DNA of 64,000 bases from Candidatus Poribacteria bacterium (GTDB lineage: Bacteria; Poribacteria; WGA-4E; PCPOR2b): positions 1,024,001-1,088,000 of the forward strand of contig OZ244587.1 in the NCBI GenBank assembly GCA_965218095.1, in the 5' to 3' direction. A program made the translations under genes and the position numbers. The first letter of the stretch is position 1. Each line of letters opens with the position of its first letter. A model generated the notes under the pieces. The model was not told the DNA's origin. It ran no database searches and saw nothing but the letters and a program-made list of their open reading frames with translations. Shown here piece by piece: positions 20,529 to 30,297 of this stretch.

Positions 20529-21029
20529 ATGAGACGCAAACTGTTTGTCCTATTCACAATTCTCGCAATCGCAGCCGTTAGTATGTTTATTACAAATCAA
20601 GTTACCCAGGCACAACGCCCGGAGCGCCCGGAGCGTGGAGAAAGGCGCGGCGGGCCCGGTGGGCCTGGTGGACGCGGGAGAATGAATCCCACTCGTTTAA
20701 TCGAAAACTCATGGGCGGAACTCACGTTTGCCATCAAAGCAGACGATGAAACCCTCCTGAAGCCCCGTCCGACCCATCAAAAGGCTTGGGAGGACATCAC
20801 TAAAACTGTGGAGGCTCGCGAAACCGGTGACTTCCAGGGTATCCGTGACGAAATGAAGTTAATCAACAAAGAGTTTATGGAGGGTCTGAAAGAGGTTTTG
20901 ACTGAAGAACAGTTGACCCAACTCAAGGAATCGCAACAAAAACGGATGGAACGCGAGTTCAGAGGCAGAGGGCGTCGCGGCGAAGGAAGGCACGGCGGAG
21001 GTCCGCGTGGTGGTGATGCAGACCGCTAG
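20529..21029 (+). CDS. Exported Spy/CpxP-like helical protein with Gly/Arg-rich tails
   Basis: Signal peptide, VLTEEQ (LTxxQ) motif, GGPGG repeats; GGAGG RBS. Confidence 0.7.
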   Translation: MRRKLFVLFTILAIAAVSMFITNQVTQAQRPERPERGERRGGPGGPGGRGRMNPTRLIENSWAELTFAIKADDETLLKPRPTHQKAWEDITKTVEARETGDFQGIRDEMKLINKEFMEGLKEVLTEEQLTQLKESQQKRMEREFRGRGRRGEGRHGGGPRGGDADR

Positions 21030-21092
21030 GCATCGCGGCGTAAGTTGTTGACCCTTGTCTGCCGAATTTCGCTTGAGAATCACAACACATTG

Positions 21093-21141
21093 ATGGGTAG
21101 GGTGTGTCAATGATTGAAGACATGTCCTACCCATTTTTTTT
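21093..21141 (+). terminator. REP-like hairpin followed by a T-run
   Basis: atgggtagggtgtgtc...gacatgtcctacccat-ttttttt. Confidence 0.65.
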
Positions 21142-21353
21142 ATTCTCTCAATGGGTCATTTTCACGAAAGTTTGGTTACACTTTCCAAAGTGACCAAAAA
21201 ATCCGGTATCAAATGATACAAAGAAGCAAGTTGAGCGAAGCAGTCGGTGCCCCCATCCATCGGGGCGCCTGAATCCCTGTACCTGTCCTGTGAACCAATG
21301 TCTTCTCAATGCTAAACGGAAAGTGTTAGCCGGCGTTTGAACTCCGATTCGTG

Positions 21354-21382
21354 TTGACATAAAATAGATAATCTGGTAAAAT
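21354..21382 (+). promoter_or_regulatory. Sigma70-type promoter
   Basis: TTGACA-N17-TAAAAT; followed by hairpin aacatatcgaacctt/aaggttcgtgatatgtt. Confidence 0.65.
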
Positions 21383-21582
21383 GCAATTCAACCTACCTAA
21401 CATATCGAACCTTTCACTATAAGGTTCGTGATATGTTTTGAAATATCTCCGTTTATTCGCAAACGTCTGCTCAGGAGGTGAAAAGTGAGGATCTACTTAC
21501 CTGAACGCGGGTTTACTTTCATTTATTGAGACGATCCGGCATGCAACACAGGCAGATCAGGGATTAAAGTCAAGGAGGTCAA

Positions 21583-22014
21583 ATGGTGATATGTTTACCT
21601 GGAAGTCTAATCATTTTGGTCCTATGCTTATCTCCTGCACCAGCTCAAGAAATCACTGACCTGGAGTTTATCCTGAAATTCAATCCGATTGAAACACTTC
21701 AGCAACGTGAGGTCATCCGTTTGAATTTTGAAGAAACGTCCGAATTGAAATTCCTCTCGGCACGCTTGATTCGGATCTACCAGAAATTTATTTCGACACA
21801 AGATCGCCCTGTCTGCAATTTTACGCCAAGCTGTTCTCGATTCGGGATGGGAGCTATCCAAAAACATGGATTCTTTCGCGGTGTATTGCTGACCGCAGAT
21901 CGCCTTCTGCGTGACCATGGGATGATACTGGATACCCACTACCATATCCATCCACATACCGGAAGGTATTTCGATCCCGTTGAAGACTATTCGTCAGAAG
22001 CGCTGGAGAGATGA
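21583..22014 (+). CDS. YidD-like (membrane protein insertion efficiency factor family) protein with a signal peptide
   Basis: IRIYQKFIS...CNFTPSCSRF...AIQKHG..RG.L...RLLR, DPV; AAGGAGG RBS. Confidence 0.85.
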   Translation: MVICLPGSLIILVLCLSPAPAQEITDLEFILKFNPIETLQQREVIRLNFEETSELKFLSARLIRIYQKFISTQDRPVCNFTPSCSRFGMGAIQKHGFFRGVLLTADRLLRDHGMILDTHYHIHPHTGRYFDPVEDYSSEALER

Positions 22015-23009
22015 GGAAACTAGAAAGCCAGGGAACCATAGAACCAAAATACTTCACTCAGAGTTCATTGGTTCAGACAGCCATTGGTTCAGGAGTTCAC
22101 TTACACATCACGTTTCACGTTTCACGTTTCATACATTACATTTTACATTTCACGTTTTACGTATTTTGTGTACTCGTAACGGTATCAGAGGGCGCAGATG
22201 ACACAGTGGTTGATTATTACCACCCGGCGAACGTTCTCAAATTTGCCAATGCCCTCTACCGGCAAGGAGATTACTTGCGTGCCGCAGGTGAGTATCAGCG
22301 ATACCTTTTCCACAAACCACAGAACGCAGATCAGATTTTGTACCAGATTGCCGTGAGTTATCGATTGGGCGGACAAGTGGATCGCGCCCTTCAGTTTTTT
22401 GAAACCATCCCCCGAGAACACCCACAGAGCGAGTTTGCCGACATTGCACACACCGAAATTGGGTACTCTTATCTTCTGATGGGACAGTACGATCAATCGA
22501 TTCGCTTTCTCAACGAAACGCAGCATCGGATTCATGACCGGAACTACCGTTGGAGATCTCAACAACTCATTGGACTGAACTACCTCATGCAGAAACGGTG
22601 GGATGATGCCAGCCGTTTATTTAACCAATTTGACCGGAACATAATTCCTCCTGACCTTCAGGAAACGGTGTCAACCTACAAGGGATACGCCGAAGATGGC
22701 AAAAACCTCCCTGCCAAAAGCCCTATTTTCGCAGGACTATTTTCTGCGATTGTTCCAGGCACAGGAAAAATCTATGCCGGACGGTCAAATGATGCACTCT
22801 TCACCTGGCTAGTGCTAGGCTTGACAGGATGGCAGGCTTACGACGGGTTTCACAGGGATGGTGTCTCATCGACCAAGGGCTGGATATTTGGAACAATCGG
22901 CGGATTCTTTTACCTTGGAAATGTCTACGGTTCTACCGTCGCCGTCCAGATTTACAATCGCCAGGTGGAAGCGGAGTTCCTAGCAACAATTCAAATAGAA
23001 TTTCCATGA
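22011..23009 (+). CDS. TPR protein with a C-terminal TM2-like membrane domain
   Basis: TPR-like helices; KSPIFAGLFSAIVPGTGKIYAG followed by hydrophobic segments. Confidence 0.8.
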   Translation: MRKLESQGTIEPKYFTQSSLVQTAIGSGVHLHITFHVSRFIHYILHFTFYVFCVLVTVSEGADDTVVDYYHPANVLKFANALYRQGDYLRAAGEYQRYLFHKPQNADQILYQIAVSYRLGGQVDRALQFFETIPREHPQSEFADIAHTEIGYSYLLMGQYDQSIRFLNETQHRIHDRNYRWRSQQLIGLNYLMQKRWDDASRLFNQFDRNIIPPDLQETVSTYKGYAEDGKNLPAKSPIFAGLFSAIVPGTGKIYAGRSNDALFTWLVLGLTGWQAYDGFHRDGVSSTKGWIFGTIGGFFYLGNVYGSTVAVQIYNRQVEAEFLATIQIEFP

Positions 23010-23911
23010 TAAATCAGCAAATCAACGAATCAGCGAATTACGCATTACGTTTCACGTTTCACGGTGTTGCTGCCCTCATCACGACATTTTTGCTGTTTCG
23101 CGTCGCCCCAACCTCTGCATCAGACCCCGTCTTAGATCTTGGCGACTACCTGTTTTCGCTGCAAAGCTACGATGAAGCGATTACCGAGTATAAACGTTTT
23201 CTCTTTTTCCATCCCGATGATTTGCAGGTGAGCAATGTGCTTCACAAAATCGGTATGGCATACCGATCTGAGGGGCGTTGGACCGAAACCATCGAAGCCA
23301 TGGAAGCCGCGATCCAACAAACGGCAGATGCTGAGTTGAAATCTGAAAGAAGTATAGATCTGGCAGTGACAATGATTGCGCGTGGCGACTACAACCTTGC
23401 ACTGCTAGAATTACTCAAGGTTTCAACCCAGCGTTTACCCAATCGGCTGCGTCAACGTGCGCTCTACCTTCAGGGGGTTACCCATCTGTACACCTTCAAT
23501 TGGGAGCATGCGCATCAGGCATTCAAAGCGTATTTTGCTGCAAACCCGGAATCACAATCGAAAGGGGAAACCATCAACGCCCTATTTGAGGAAGCCATCC
23601 ATCGGCCACAAAAATCTATAGTGGCTGCCAGAGTGCTTTCGACGATTTTGCCGGGAGCTGGGCAAACTTACGTCGGAGATTGGAAAAATGGGCTGAATGC
23701 GCTTGTTCTTAATGGACTACTCGGTTCTATCTCAGTCAATGCAGCAATTGATCAGCGTTATCAAGATGCAGTTTTTTCCGGGTTTTTTCTCCTTCTACGA
23801 TATTATTTGGGTAATCGATATCGCGCGGGCGAAGCAGCGAAACAGTTCAATGATCGGTCGAATCGTCGGCATGCCGCAAAAATCCTGCAAGCCTTGACCT
23901 TGCCGGACTAA
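23006..23911 (+). CDS. TPR protein with a C-terminal TM2-like membrane domain (paralog)
   Basis: ATGA overlap at 23006; YDEAITEYKRFLFFHP; KSIVAARVLSTILPGAGQTYVG. Confidence 0.8.
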   Translation: MINQQINESANYALRFTFHGVAALITTFLLFRVAPTSASDPVLDLGDYLFSLQSYDEAITEYKRFLFFHPDDLQVSNVLHKIGMAYRSEGRWTETIEAMEAAIQQTADAELKSERSIDLAVTMIARGDYNLALLELLKVSTQRLPNRLRQRALYLQGVTHLYTFNWEHAHQAFKAYFAANPESQSKGETINALFEEAIHRPQKSIVAARVLSTILPGAGQTYVGDWKNGLNALVLNGLLGSISVNAAIDQRYQDAVFSGFFLLLRYYLGNRYRAGEAAKQFNDRSNRRHAAKILQALTLPD

Positions 23912-24005
23912 ACCCAGAGATTTACCAATCATTGGGTGATTAACCTTATCTTGACAAAGAAATTGAAACAATTGATGATTGCTTTGTCGGCTTTCTTTGA
24001 ATCCA

Positions 24006-24124
24006 TAGGACTTATGCAGCCGATGTACAGAACCTGCGATTTGACCGCATCTTGAATCCTGAATCCGATACAAGATGCACAGGAGGTTGGGGTATAATCA
24101 GCCGATTCAATTGCGTAAGTCCTG
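24006..24124. mobile_element. MITE with IS701-type ends
   Basis: TAGGACTTATGCA...TGCGTAAGTCCTG flanked by an ATCCA direct repeat; non-coding. Confidence 0.75.
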
Positions 24125-24167
24125 ATCCATAGACAATCATCAATCATCACTGTGGAGGCAATAACCT

Positions 24168-26537
24168 ATGAATGTAGTTGGAACTTCTGCCAAGCGCATT
24201 GATGGCATAGAGAAAGTAACTGGAACGGCACAGTTTACGACGGACATTGTGCTGCCGCGTATGATTCATGGGAAGATTAAGCGGAGTTCGGTCGCGCACG
24301 CGAAGGTCGTGCGCATTGATACCAGTCAAGCTGAACAACTGCCTGGCGTCCGCGCGGTCATCACCGCTGCTGACCTGCCTGATGTGCGTTTAGGCGTCCT
24401 GACCCTGGATGAACATTTACTCGCCCGCGACAAGGTACGCCTTGTCGGTGAGCCAGTTGCAGCGGTCGCTGCGGACACGCCGGAGGTTGCGCGGGCGGCA
24501 TGTGAACGGATTGAGGTCGAATACGAGGAACTCCCAACCCTCTTCGACCCAGAGAAAGCGATTAAATTAGACCCGCCGGTGGTGCTCCACGAGGAATATG
24601 AAGATTACGAAAAACTCCTCGAACTCGCCGAAATGGACGAGCGCCCACCTAATCTCTGGCAAGCCTACCGCATCCGCCACGGCGACATTGACGCTACGTT
24701 CAAAAAAGCCGACGACGAGGGCGGCTTCATCATCGAAAACCGTTACGCAACCGGATACGTCCACACGGCGTGTATGGAGCCACATGGGGCAGTTGCACAA
24801 TGGAGTCCCGACGGCACACTGATCCTCTGGGCAGGCGGGCAGTCGCCTTATATCGCACGCGACGGCTTGGCGAAGGCACTCGATCTGTCGCCCTCCAAAG
24901 TCCGCGTCATTGTTCCGTCTGTCGGTGGAGCCTTCGGCGGAAAGTTGACGGTCAAAGAGGGCGCCATCGCTGCCGCCCTTGCCCGCAAGGCGCGTCGTCC
25001 GGTCAAGATTATTTTGACCCGCGAGGAAGACCTCTCTGCCACCGCGGCGCGCACGCCGTTCATCTTCTACATGAAGGACGCTGTGAGCAAAGATGGCATC
25101 CTGATCGGACGTAAAATCACGTCGATTTTCTGGGGCGGAGGCTATAGCGGTGAGGGCATCCTCAAACCAATCTTCTCCACGCATCTCTACCCTGGCTCCT
25201 ACCGTCTGTCCGCGCTCTGGGTGGATTCCTACGGCGTTTATACCAACCGTATTTCCGGCGGCGCCTTGCGGGGCTACGGCTGCGCGGAGTCGGCGTGGGC
25301 GGTCGAAACCCAGATGGACATCATCGCGGAAAAATGCAACATTGACGCGGTTGAACTCCGTATAAAAAATCTGCTGACGGAAGGCGAGCGCACCGCCATC
25401 ACGATGCCTGCCTACGCATTTAGCGCGCATGAATGCTTGACCAAGTGCGCCGATGCAATCGAGTGGGGAACTCCTTCCGAGCAGCCCGGACACCCATGGT
25501 ATCGCGGTAAGGGCATCGCCCTGGGCAATAAGTATTCCTTCGCACCAACCGCCTCCAGCACAGAGCTGAAAGTCCACGAGGATGCTTCCTGTGAACTGCG
25601 AACCAGCGCGGTCGATTTAGGGCAGGGTGCCTATACCGTTCTCACGCAAATCGTCGCCAATGAGTTCGGTGTCGATATCGAGAAGGTCAAGTTGGTCACG
25701 CCGGACACCGCGATTACGCCCTTCGACCATGTCGCCGGTTCCAGCAGACAGACCTTTCATACCGGCAACGCCACGCTCATGGCGTGTGACGACGCTAAAC
25801 GCCAGATGCGGGAACTCGCCGCACCGAAGTTGGAAGCTGACCCTGACGACCTGGATGTTTCTGGCGGGCGCATCTTCGTGAAAGGTTATCCCGACAAGTT
25901 CATCGAAGTCGAAGACCTGTTCGTGGTTGAGATGCTGGCAGGCAAACGTCCGGCGGATGCCGAGGTTATCGGCAAGGCAACCTGGGAGGTCAGCGCCAGT
26001 GCACATGACCCGAACACTGGTCAGGGCGAGGAGCCGATGGCTTACATGGGACACGGCGCACAGGCGGCGGAAGTCGAAGTCAACGTTGAGACCGGGCAGG
26101 TACGTATACGAAAGTTTGCCTCGGCAATTGACGTTGGCAAGGCGATGAACCCGCAAGGGGTCGAAATGCAGAACTTCGGCGGTGGGTGCATGGGCATTGG
26201 TATTGCTTTGCACGAGGACATGTGTTTCGACGGAGGTGGACAGATGACCAACGCTAGCTTTATGGACTACAAAATTCCTTCTATCGCCGAGATGCCGTTG
26301 AGCGAATATATGAAGTCCATCATCGTCGAGGTCCCCCACGAGAAGGGCCCTTATGGCGCCAAAGGCGCGGGCGAAATCGTGGTCGTGCCGACCTCGCCCG
26401 CGATCGGCAACGCGATTTACGACACGATTGGCGTGCGCATCTGGGATCAACCGCTCACTCCCGAGAAGGTCGTCAAGGCCTGGAAAGAGAAGGGTGCAGC
26501 GGACAACGGCGCCGAGTCATCAACCACAGCGGGATAG
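24168..26537 (+). CDS. Xanthine dehydrogenase family molybdopterin-binding subunit
   Basis: KVTGTAQF..D, HTACMEP, VGGAFGGK, LRGYG, DLGQG, SSRQT, KGAGE motifs. Confidence 0.95.
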   Translation: MNVVGTSAKRIDGIEKVTGTAQFTTDIVLPRMIHGKIKRSSVAHAKVVRIDTSQAEQLPGVRAVITAADLPDVRLGVLTLDEHLLARDKVRLVGEPVAAVAADTPEVARAACERIEVEYEELPTLFDPEKAIKLDPPVVLHEEYEDYEKLLELAEMDERPPNLWQAYRIRHGDIDATFKKADDEGGFIIENRYATGYVHTACMEPHGAVAQWSPDGTLILWAGGQSPYIARDGLAKALDLSPSKVRVIVPSVGGAFGGKLTVKEGAIAAALARKARRPVKIILTREEDLSATAARTPFIFYMKDAVSKDGILIGRKITSIFWGGGYSGEGILKPIFSTHLYPGSYRLSALWVDSYGVYTNRISGGALRGYGCAESAWAVETQMDIIAEKCNIDAVELRIKNLLTEGERTAITMPAYAFSAHECLTKCADAIEWGTPSEQPGHPWYRGKGIALGNKYSFAPTASSTELKVHEDASCELRTSAVDLGQGAYTVLTQIVANEFGVDIEKVKLVTPDTAITPFDHVAGSSRQTFHTGNATLMACDDAKRQMRELAAPKLEADPDDLDVSGGRIFVKGYPDKFIEVEDLFVVEMLAGKRPADAEVIGKATWEVSASAHDPNTGQGEEPMAYMGHGAQAAEVEVNVETGQVRIRKFASAIDVGKAMNPQGVEMQNFGGGCMGIGIALHEDMCFDGGGQMTNASFMDYKIPSIAEMPLSEYMKSIIVEVPHEKGPYGAKGAGEIVVVPTSPAIGNAIYDTIGVRIWDQPLTPEKVVKAWKEKGAADNGAESSTTAG

Positions 26538-26600
26538 CCTTAAACGTTATCCGAAAAGGTTTTTATATACTGGATAGATCTACTAGCCTATCTAATAATT

Positions 26601-27709
26601 GAGGGGTGTGCATAAATATAGTTGACATAATCAAGCCAAAAGGGTTTCCTATTGTTATCATAGCAAAAGGAGCCCCAATATGGTACAAAGACCAATGTTG
26701 GCTGATTATGTCACTCTTATTATGCAACTCTTTGAGCAGTTTATGCAACACCGTATTGACAAACCAGGTGTCACACACGCAAAACCATTGACATATTCAA
26801 CCACCTCGTTTATCATTTTCTTCATGTTGATGCAGTTTCACGGCATCTATGGCTTCAAAACGCAATGGCGGTGGCTAATCAATCACCCAGAAGTGTTACA
26901 AATGCTGGGGTGGCAACAGCCCCCTCATCGAACCACGATTGCACGTCGCTATAAGGCATTATATGAAGTGATAGAGGCATTTGTATTGTTTATCGGTCAG
27001 TATGCCACTGACTTGTCCCAACAATTCAACTTGGCTCATCTGGTAGCCGACAAAAGTTTATTTAAGGCACGAGGACCCGTCTAGCATCAAACTGACCGCA
27101 AAGCAGGAAAAGCACCTAAACATCTACGCAACCTCGACACCGATGCCACGTGGAGCAAGAGTGGTTATCATGGCTGGGTCTATGGCTACGGACTTCACAT
27201 TATCTGCACACAAGGTGCGTTCCCAACACTGATAACTGTGCACCGTGCGTCGGTCTCCGAAAGTTGGGCGATAGATGCTAAAGCGTCTGAGATTCTGACA
27301 CAACTTTCACCGCAGACACTCACTGCCGATGATGCCTATACCCAAGCAGACCGTATCCGTTGTTGGGCGAAGGCACAAGTCGCTTTGATTACCCCGGCAC
27401 TTAGATGGACAAAGGGACGGTTTGCCAAGGCGTATCATCGATTTATCAACCAACCCAAGCAGCGTCTCTGTTTAAGCAAACGTCGCAGTTCGGTTGAACC
27501 GTTGTTTGACTTGATTGCTAAAGTGATAGGCACCACTCCTCAACAGAAGCAGTTACCGGTCAAGGGGTTTTTCAATGTACGCTGTTGTTTAGCTATCGGG
27601 GTGTTATCAGTGCAAGTGGCTATGATTGCCAATGCCATATGGAAGTTACCTGCTCGCAATATCTCTCATATGGCGGCTGTTTTCCAATGAACTACTATGC
27701 ACACCCCTC
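26601..27709 (+). mobile_element. IS982-like DDE element; transposase 26680-27690 has an internal TAG
   Basis: TIR GAGGGGTGTGCATA; nearby CTAATAATT direct repeat; DKSLFKARGPV*HQ, YHGWVYGYGLH, ADDAY, VEPLF. Confidence 0.82.
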
Positions 27710-27989
27710 AGCTAATAATTCAGATTAACCCAGTATTTACAGGCATTGAATTTATCATTTCGGACACCAACGCCGTCCTAATCGGGGTTGGTTTGATGTT
27801 TGCCCCCAGACTTTTTAGATAGGCTCTAAGTACCAGAACAAAATTAAATCGATAATCGAAATCATACCCACCCGTGAGCGTTCAACCATGCAACCTGAGA
27901 AGTGATGAGTGACAAGTGATAACTGCTCGTCACCCATCACTCGTCATCAATTGATGAGTGCAACGTGACCTGCACCTGCGATTTGGAGA

Positions 27990-28300
27990 TGGGCACCTAC
28001 CCCAACGGCACAACCGCTCACCACACCCTCGACCCGCTGAATCGGTTAGGCCTTCTTTCTCCAGTACGAATTCAGTGACATCACACTAATGAGCGGACTG
28101 GACCGCGACTATGACCCTCTCTCAAATGTCGCCAGCCCCAATCGAGACGACACCGGCGCTGGCAAAAACAACAAGATCTTCACTTTCGGTTACAACGAAC
28201 TTTCCCCCCTGACGCCTGCCAACTACGACGGTGAGTTGGTCACCTGCACTAGCGATGTGGTTGGCAATCGGCTGAGTCTTTTCAGCACAGTCGTCGGTCT
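27990..28300 (+). pseudogene. RHS/YD-repeat relic
   Basis: YPNGTTAHHTLDPLNRL, DYDPLSNV, TFGYNEL, DVVGNRLS. Confidence 0.6.
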
Positions 28301-28341
28301 TTATGGCCAGATCATCACCCACCGCTCCCGGAAAAAATGCG

Positions 28342-28370
28342 TTGACAGAAATCAGCGGAGTCGGTAAAAT
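28342..28370 (+). promoter_or_regulatory. Sigma70-type promoter
   Basis: TTGACA-N17-TAAAAT upstream of the PhyH gene. Confidence 0.65.
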
Positions 28371-28404
28371 CAGCTACATTCGTCAGTAAGGGAGGAACAA
28401 GCAG

Positions 28405-29205
28405 ATGGCAAAAGCACTACCGCTCGTTGCATCCCCAGAGCTGGAAAGTCAGGTGAAAGCCATAGAGAATGAGGGCTTTGTCTATTTTCCCGGTGTCATC
28501 AAGTCAACGGAAATCGCTGAACTGCGAGCCGCCATGGATCGCCTGACGGCGATATCAGAGAGCTTCGATAGGCACGGTACGCCTGAAAACGGCGGTTTCC
28601 TCAACAAACACATCAATAATGCGTTCAATCGGGATGTCCTTTTTCTTCAGTACCTCGACAAGCTAGGGATCATTGAATTGGAAGAGGCGGTTCACGGCGA
28701 CGATTGTCACATCATCGGGATGACCGCGTGGATGACGGGGCCGGGACATCCGGATCAGGCGTTGCATACCGATTGGCTGCCGATTGGTTTGCCTGAAGAT
28801 GTGCTGGCGCATCCGCGGGTGAAGGTTCCGATTTTCATCACCACCGCCCATTTCTATCTGGATGATATGTACGAAGAGTTGGGCCCCACAAAATTTGTCC
28901 CGGTCAGCCACCGCGCGGGGCACCCCCCCGATGGTGATACCGAATGGAAAGGGGTTGGAGAGCAAAGCATTTTGTGTAACGCCGGCGACGTCGTCGTTTT
29001 CCGAAGTGAGGTCTGGCATCGTGGATCGGCAAATCGGAGCAACCAGAACCGTTATCTGTTACAGGTGCATTACGCCAATCGCATGATCACCCAGAAATTT
29101 CCGCCTTACCTCAACAGGTTTCAGTTTGATGAGATGATTCTCGCCCAGGCAACGCCTCGACAGCAGCGATTGCTCGGTGACCACCGGCCAAGCAATTACG
29201 ATTGA
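28405..29205 (+). CDS. Phytanoyl-CoA dioxygenase (PhyH) family Fe/2OG dioxygenase
   Basis: HTD (HxD), GPTKFVP.SH, AGDVVVF..WHRGSAN..R. Confidence 0.92.
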   Translation: MAKALPLVASPELESQVKAIENEGFVYFPGVIKSTEIAELRAAMDRLTAISESFDRHGTPENGGFLNKHINNAFNRDVLFLQYLDKLGIIELEEAVHGDDCHIIGMTAWMTGPGHPDQALHTDWLPIGLPEDVLAHPRVKVPIFITTAHFYLDDMYEELGPTKFVPVSHRAGHPPDGDTEWKGVGEQSILCNAGDVVVFRSEVWHRGSANRSNQNRYLLQVHYANRMITQKFPPYLNRFQFDEMILAQATPRQQRLLGDHRPSNYD

Positions 29206-29247
29206 ATCTCCGATAATGAGAAGGGCGCAAGACAATGAAGGAGATGA

Positions 29248-30147
29248 ATGAAAAAACCTGAAGTCGCCAACGAATCGCCGACCCCCAACGTTATCGCGCT
29301 GGTCCTCCTGCTCGCACTCCTCTGGGGCGGCAACTCGGTCTCCATCAAAATCGCCTTGCAAGGAATTCCACCGTTGGCGCTTGCCGGGATGCGTTTTCTG
29401 CTAGGACTTGTCGCCATCACGCTTTGGTCTCTCCGTCACGGTATTCGCATCCGAATGCATCCGGGCGAGTTGCTCCCTCTGCTCTTCGTATCAGCGATCT
29501 TTACCTTGCAAATCATTACCCTGAACGTCGGCACAAAAATTACAGAAGCGTCACGTTCGACGGTTTTCATCAGCACCTACCCATTTTTCACCGCGCTGTT
29601 CGCCCATTTCTGGGTGCCAGGCGACCGCTTGTCCATCCGGAAAACAATTGGAATTTCCGTCGCATTTGCCGGTGTGCTGCTGACTTTTGCGGGGAGCCTG
29701 AAACTTGAAACGTACGGCTACCTGCGCGGAGACCTGATTGTACTGATGAGCGGTGGTTTGTTAGGCCTGCGGACGGTGGTAACAAAACGGATCGTCCAAT
29801 CCATCCACCCCTATCGCCTGCTGATCTGGTTAATGATTTTCAGCATCCCATGCTTCGTTGTCCCGAGCTTATTCTTCGAGAGAGAAGCAAATTTTCAGTT
29901 CTCGATTTCCGGCGCCGCCGCGATTCTCTATCAAGGCATCGTCATCGCAGGATTTTGCTTCGTTACCTGGACATCGATACTTGAGAAGTACAGCCCGAGC
30001 AGGTTGGTCGTTCTATTTTTTTTGACGCCGCTGTTCGGTGTGTTGTTAAGCTATCTGTTTTTGGGCGATGAGATTGGTCTTGCCCTGATTTTCGGCGCCG
30101 GGTTGGTCGCTTATGGCATTTATCTTGTCAACAAACGGGTTGAATAA
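29248..30147 (+). CDS. EamA/DMT transporter
   Basis: About 10 TM segments, duplicated EamA pattern, LTPLFGVLLS...GDEI. Confidence 0.92.
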   Translation: MKKPEVANESPTPNVIALVLLLALLWGGNSVSIKIALQGIPPLALAGMRFLLGLVAITLWSLRHGIRIRMHPGELLPLLFVSAIFTLQIITLNVGTKITEASRSTVFISTYPFFTALFAHFWVPGDRLSIRKTIGISVAFAGVLLTFAGSLKLETYGYLRGDLIVLMSGGLLGLRTVVTKRIVQSIHPYRLLIWLMIFSIPCFVVPSLFFEREANFQFSISGAAAILYQGIVIAGFCFVTWTSILEKYSPSRLVVLFFLTPLFGVLLSYLFLGDEIGLALIFGAGLVAYGIYLVNKRVE

Positions 30148-30193
30148 GTACTCTGAGACTTCTCAATGTGTCCGAGCTCCAGTTACAAAAATA

Positions 30194-30264
30194 GGGGAAC
30201 AAGCAGCTTGCTTGTTGTCAGTTTCTGTGGCAGATTTTAAAAACAAACTGGCAGCTTATTCTCC
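30194..30264. repeat. Degenerate inverted REP-like doublet between convergent genes
   Basis: ggggaacaagcagcttgcttgtt ... aacaaactggcagcttattctcc. Confidence 0.55.
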
Positions 30265-30297
30265 AACGGTGCCGATCTTGGAAGTTTCGTTGTAGTG

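Noticed and set aside
21470-21530. RBS plus mini-ORF MRIYLPERGFTFIY, as a prepilin relic or leader peptide
   Set aside because: Only 14 codons; the similarity to GFTLIE is too weak.
24567-26450. Long antisense ORFs of 336 and 277 aa, plus similar ones opposite pyrC, carB and the peptidases
   Set aside because: Shadow frames of well-supported genes, with no recognisable motifs.
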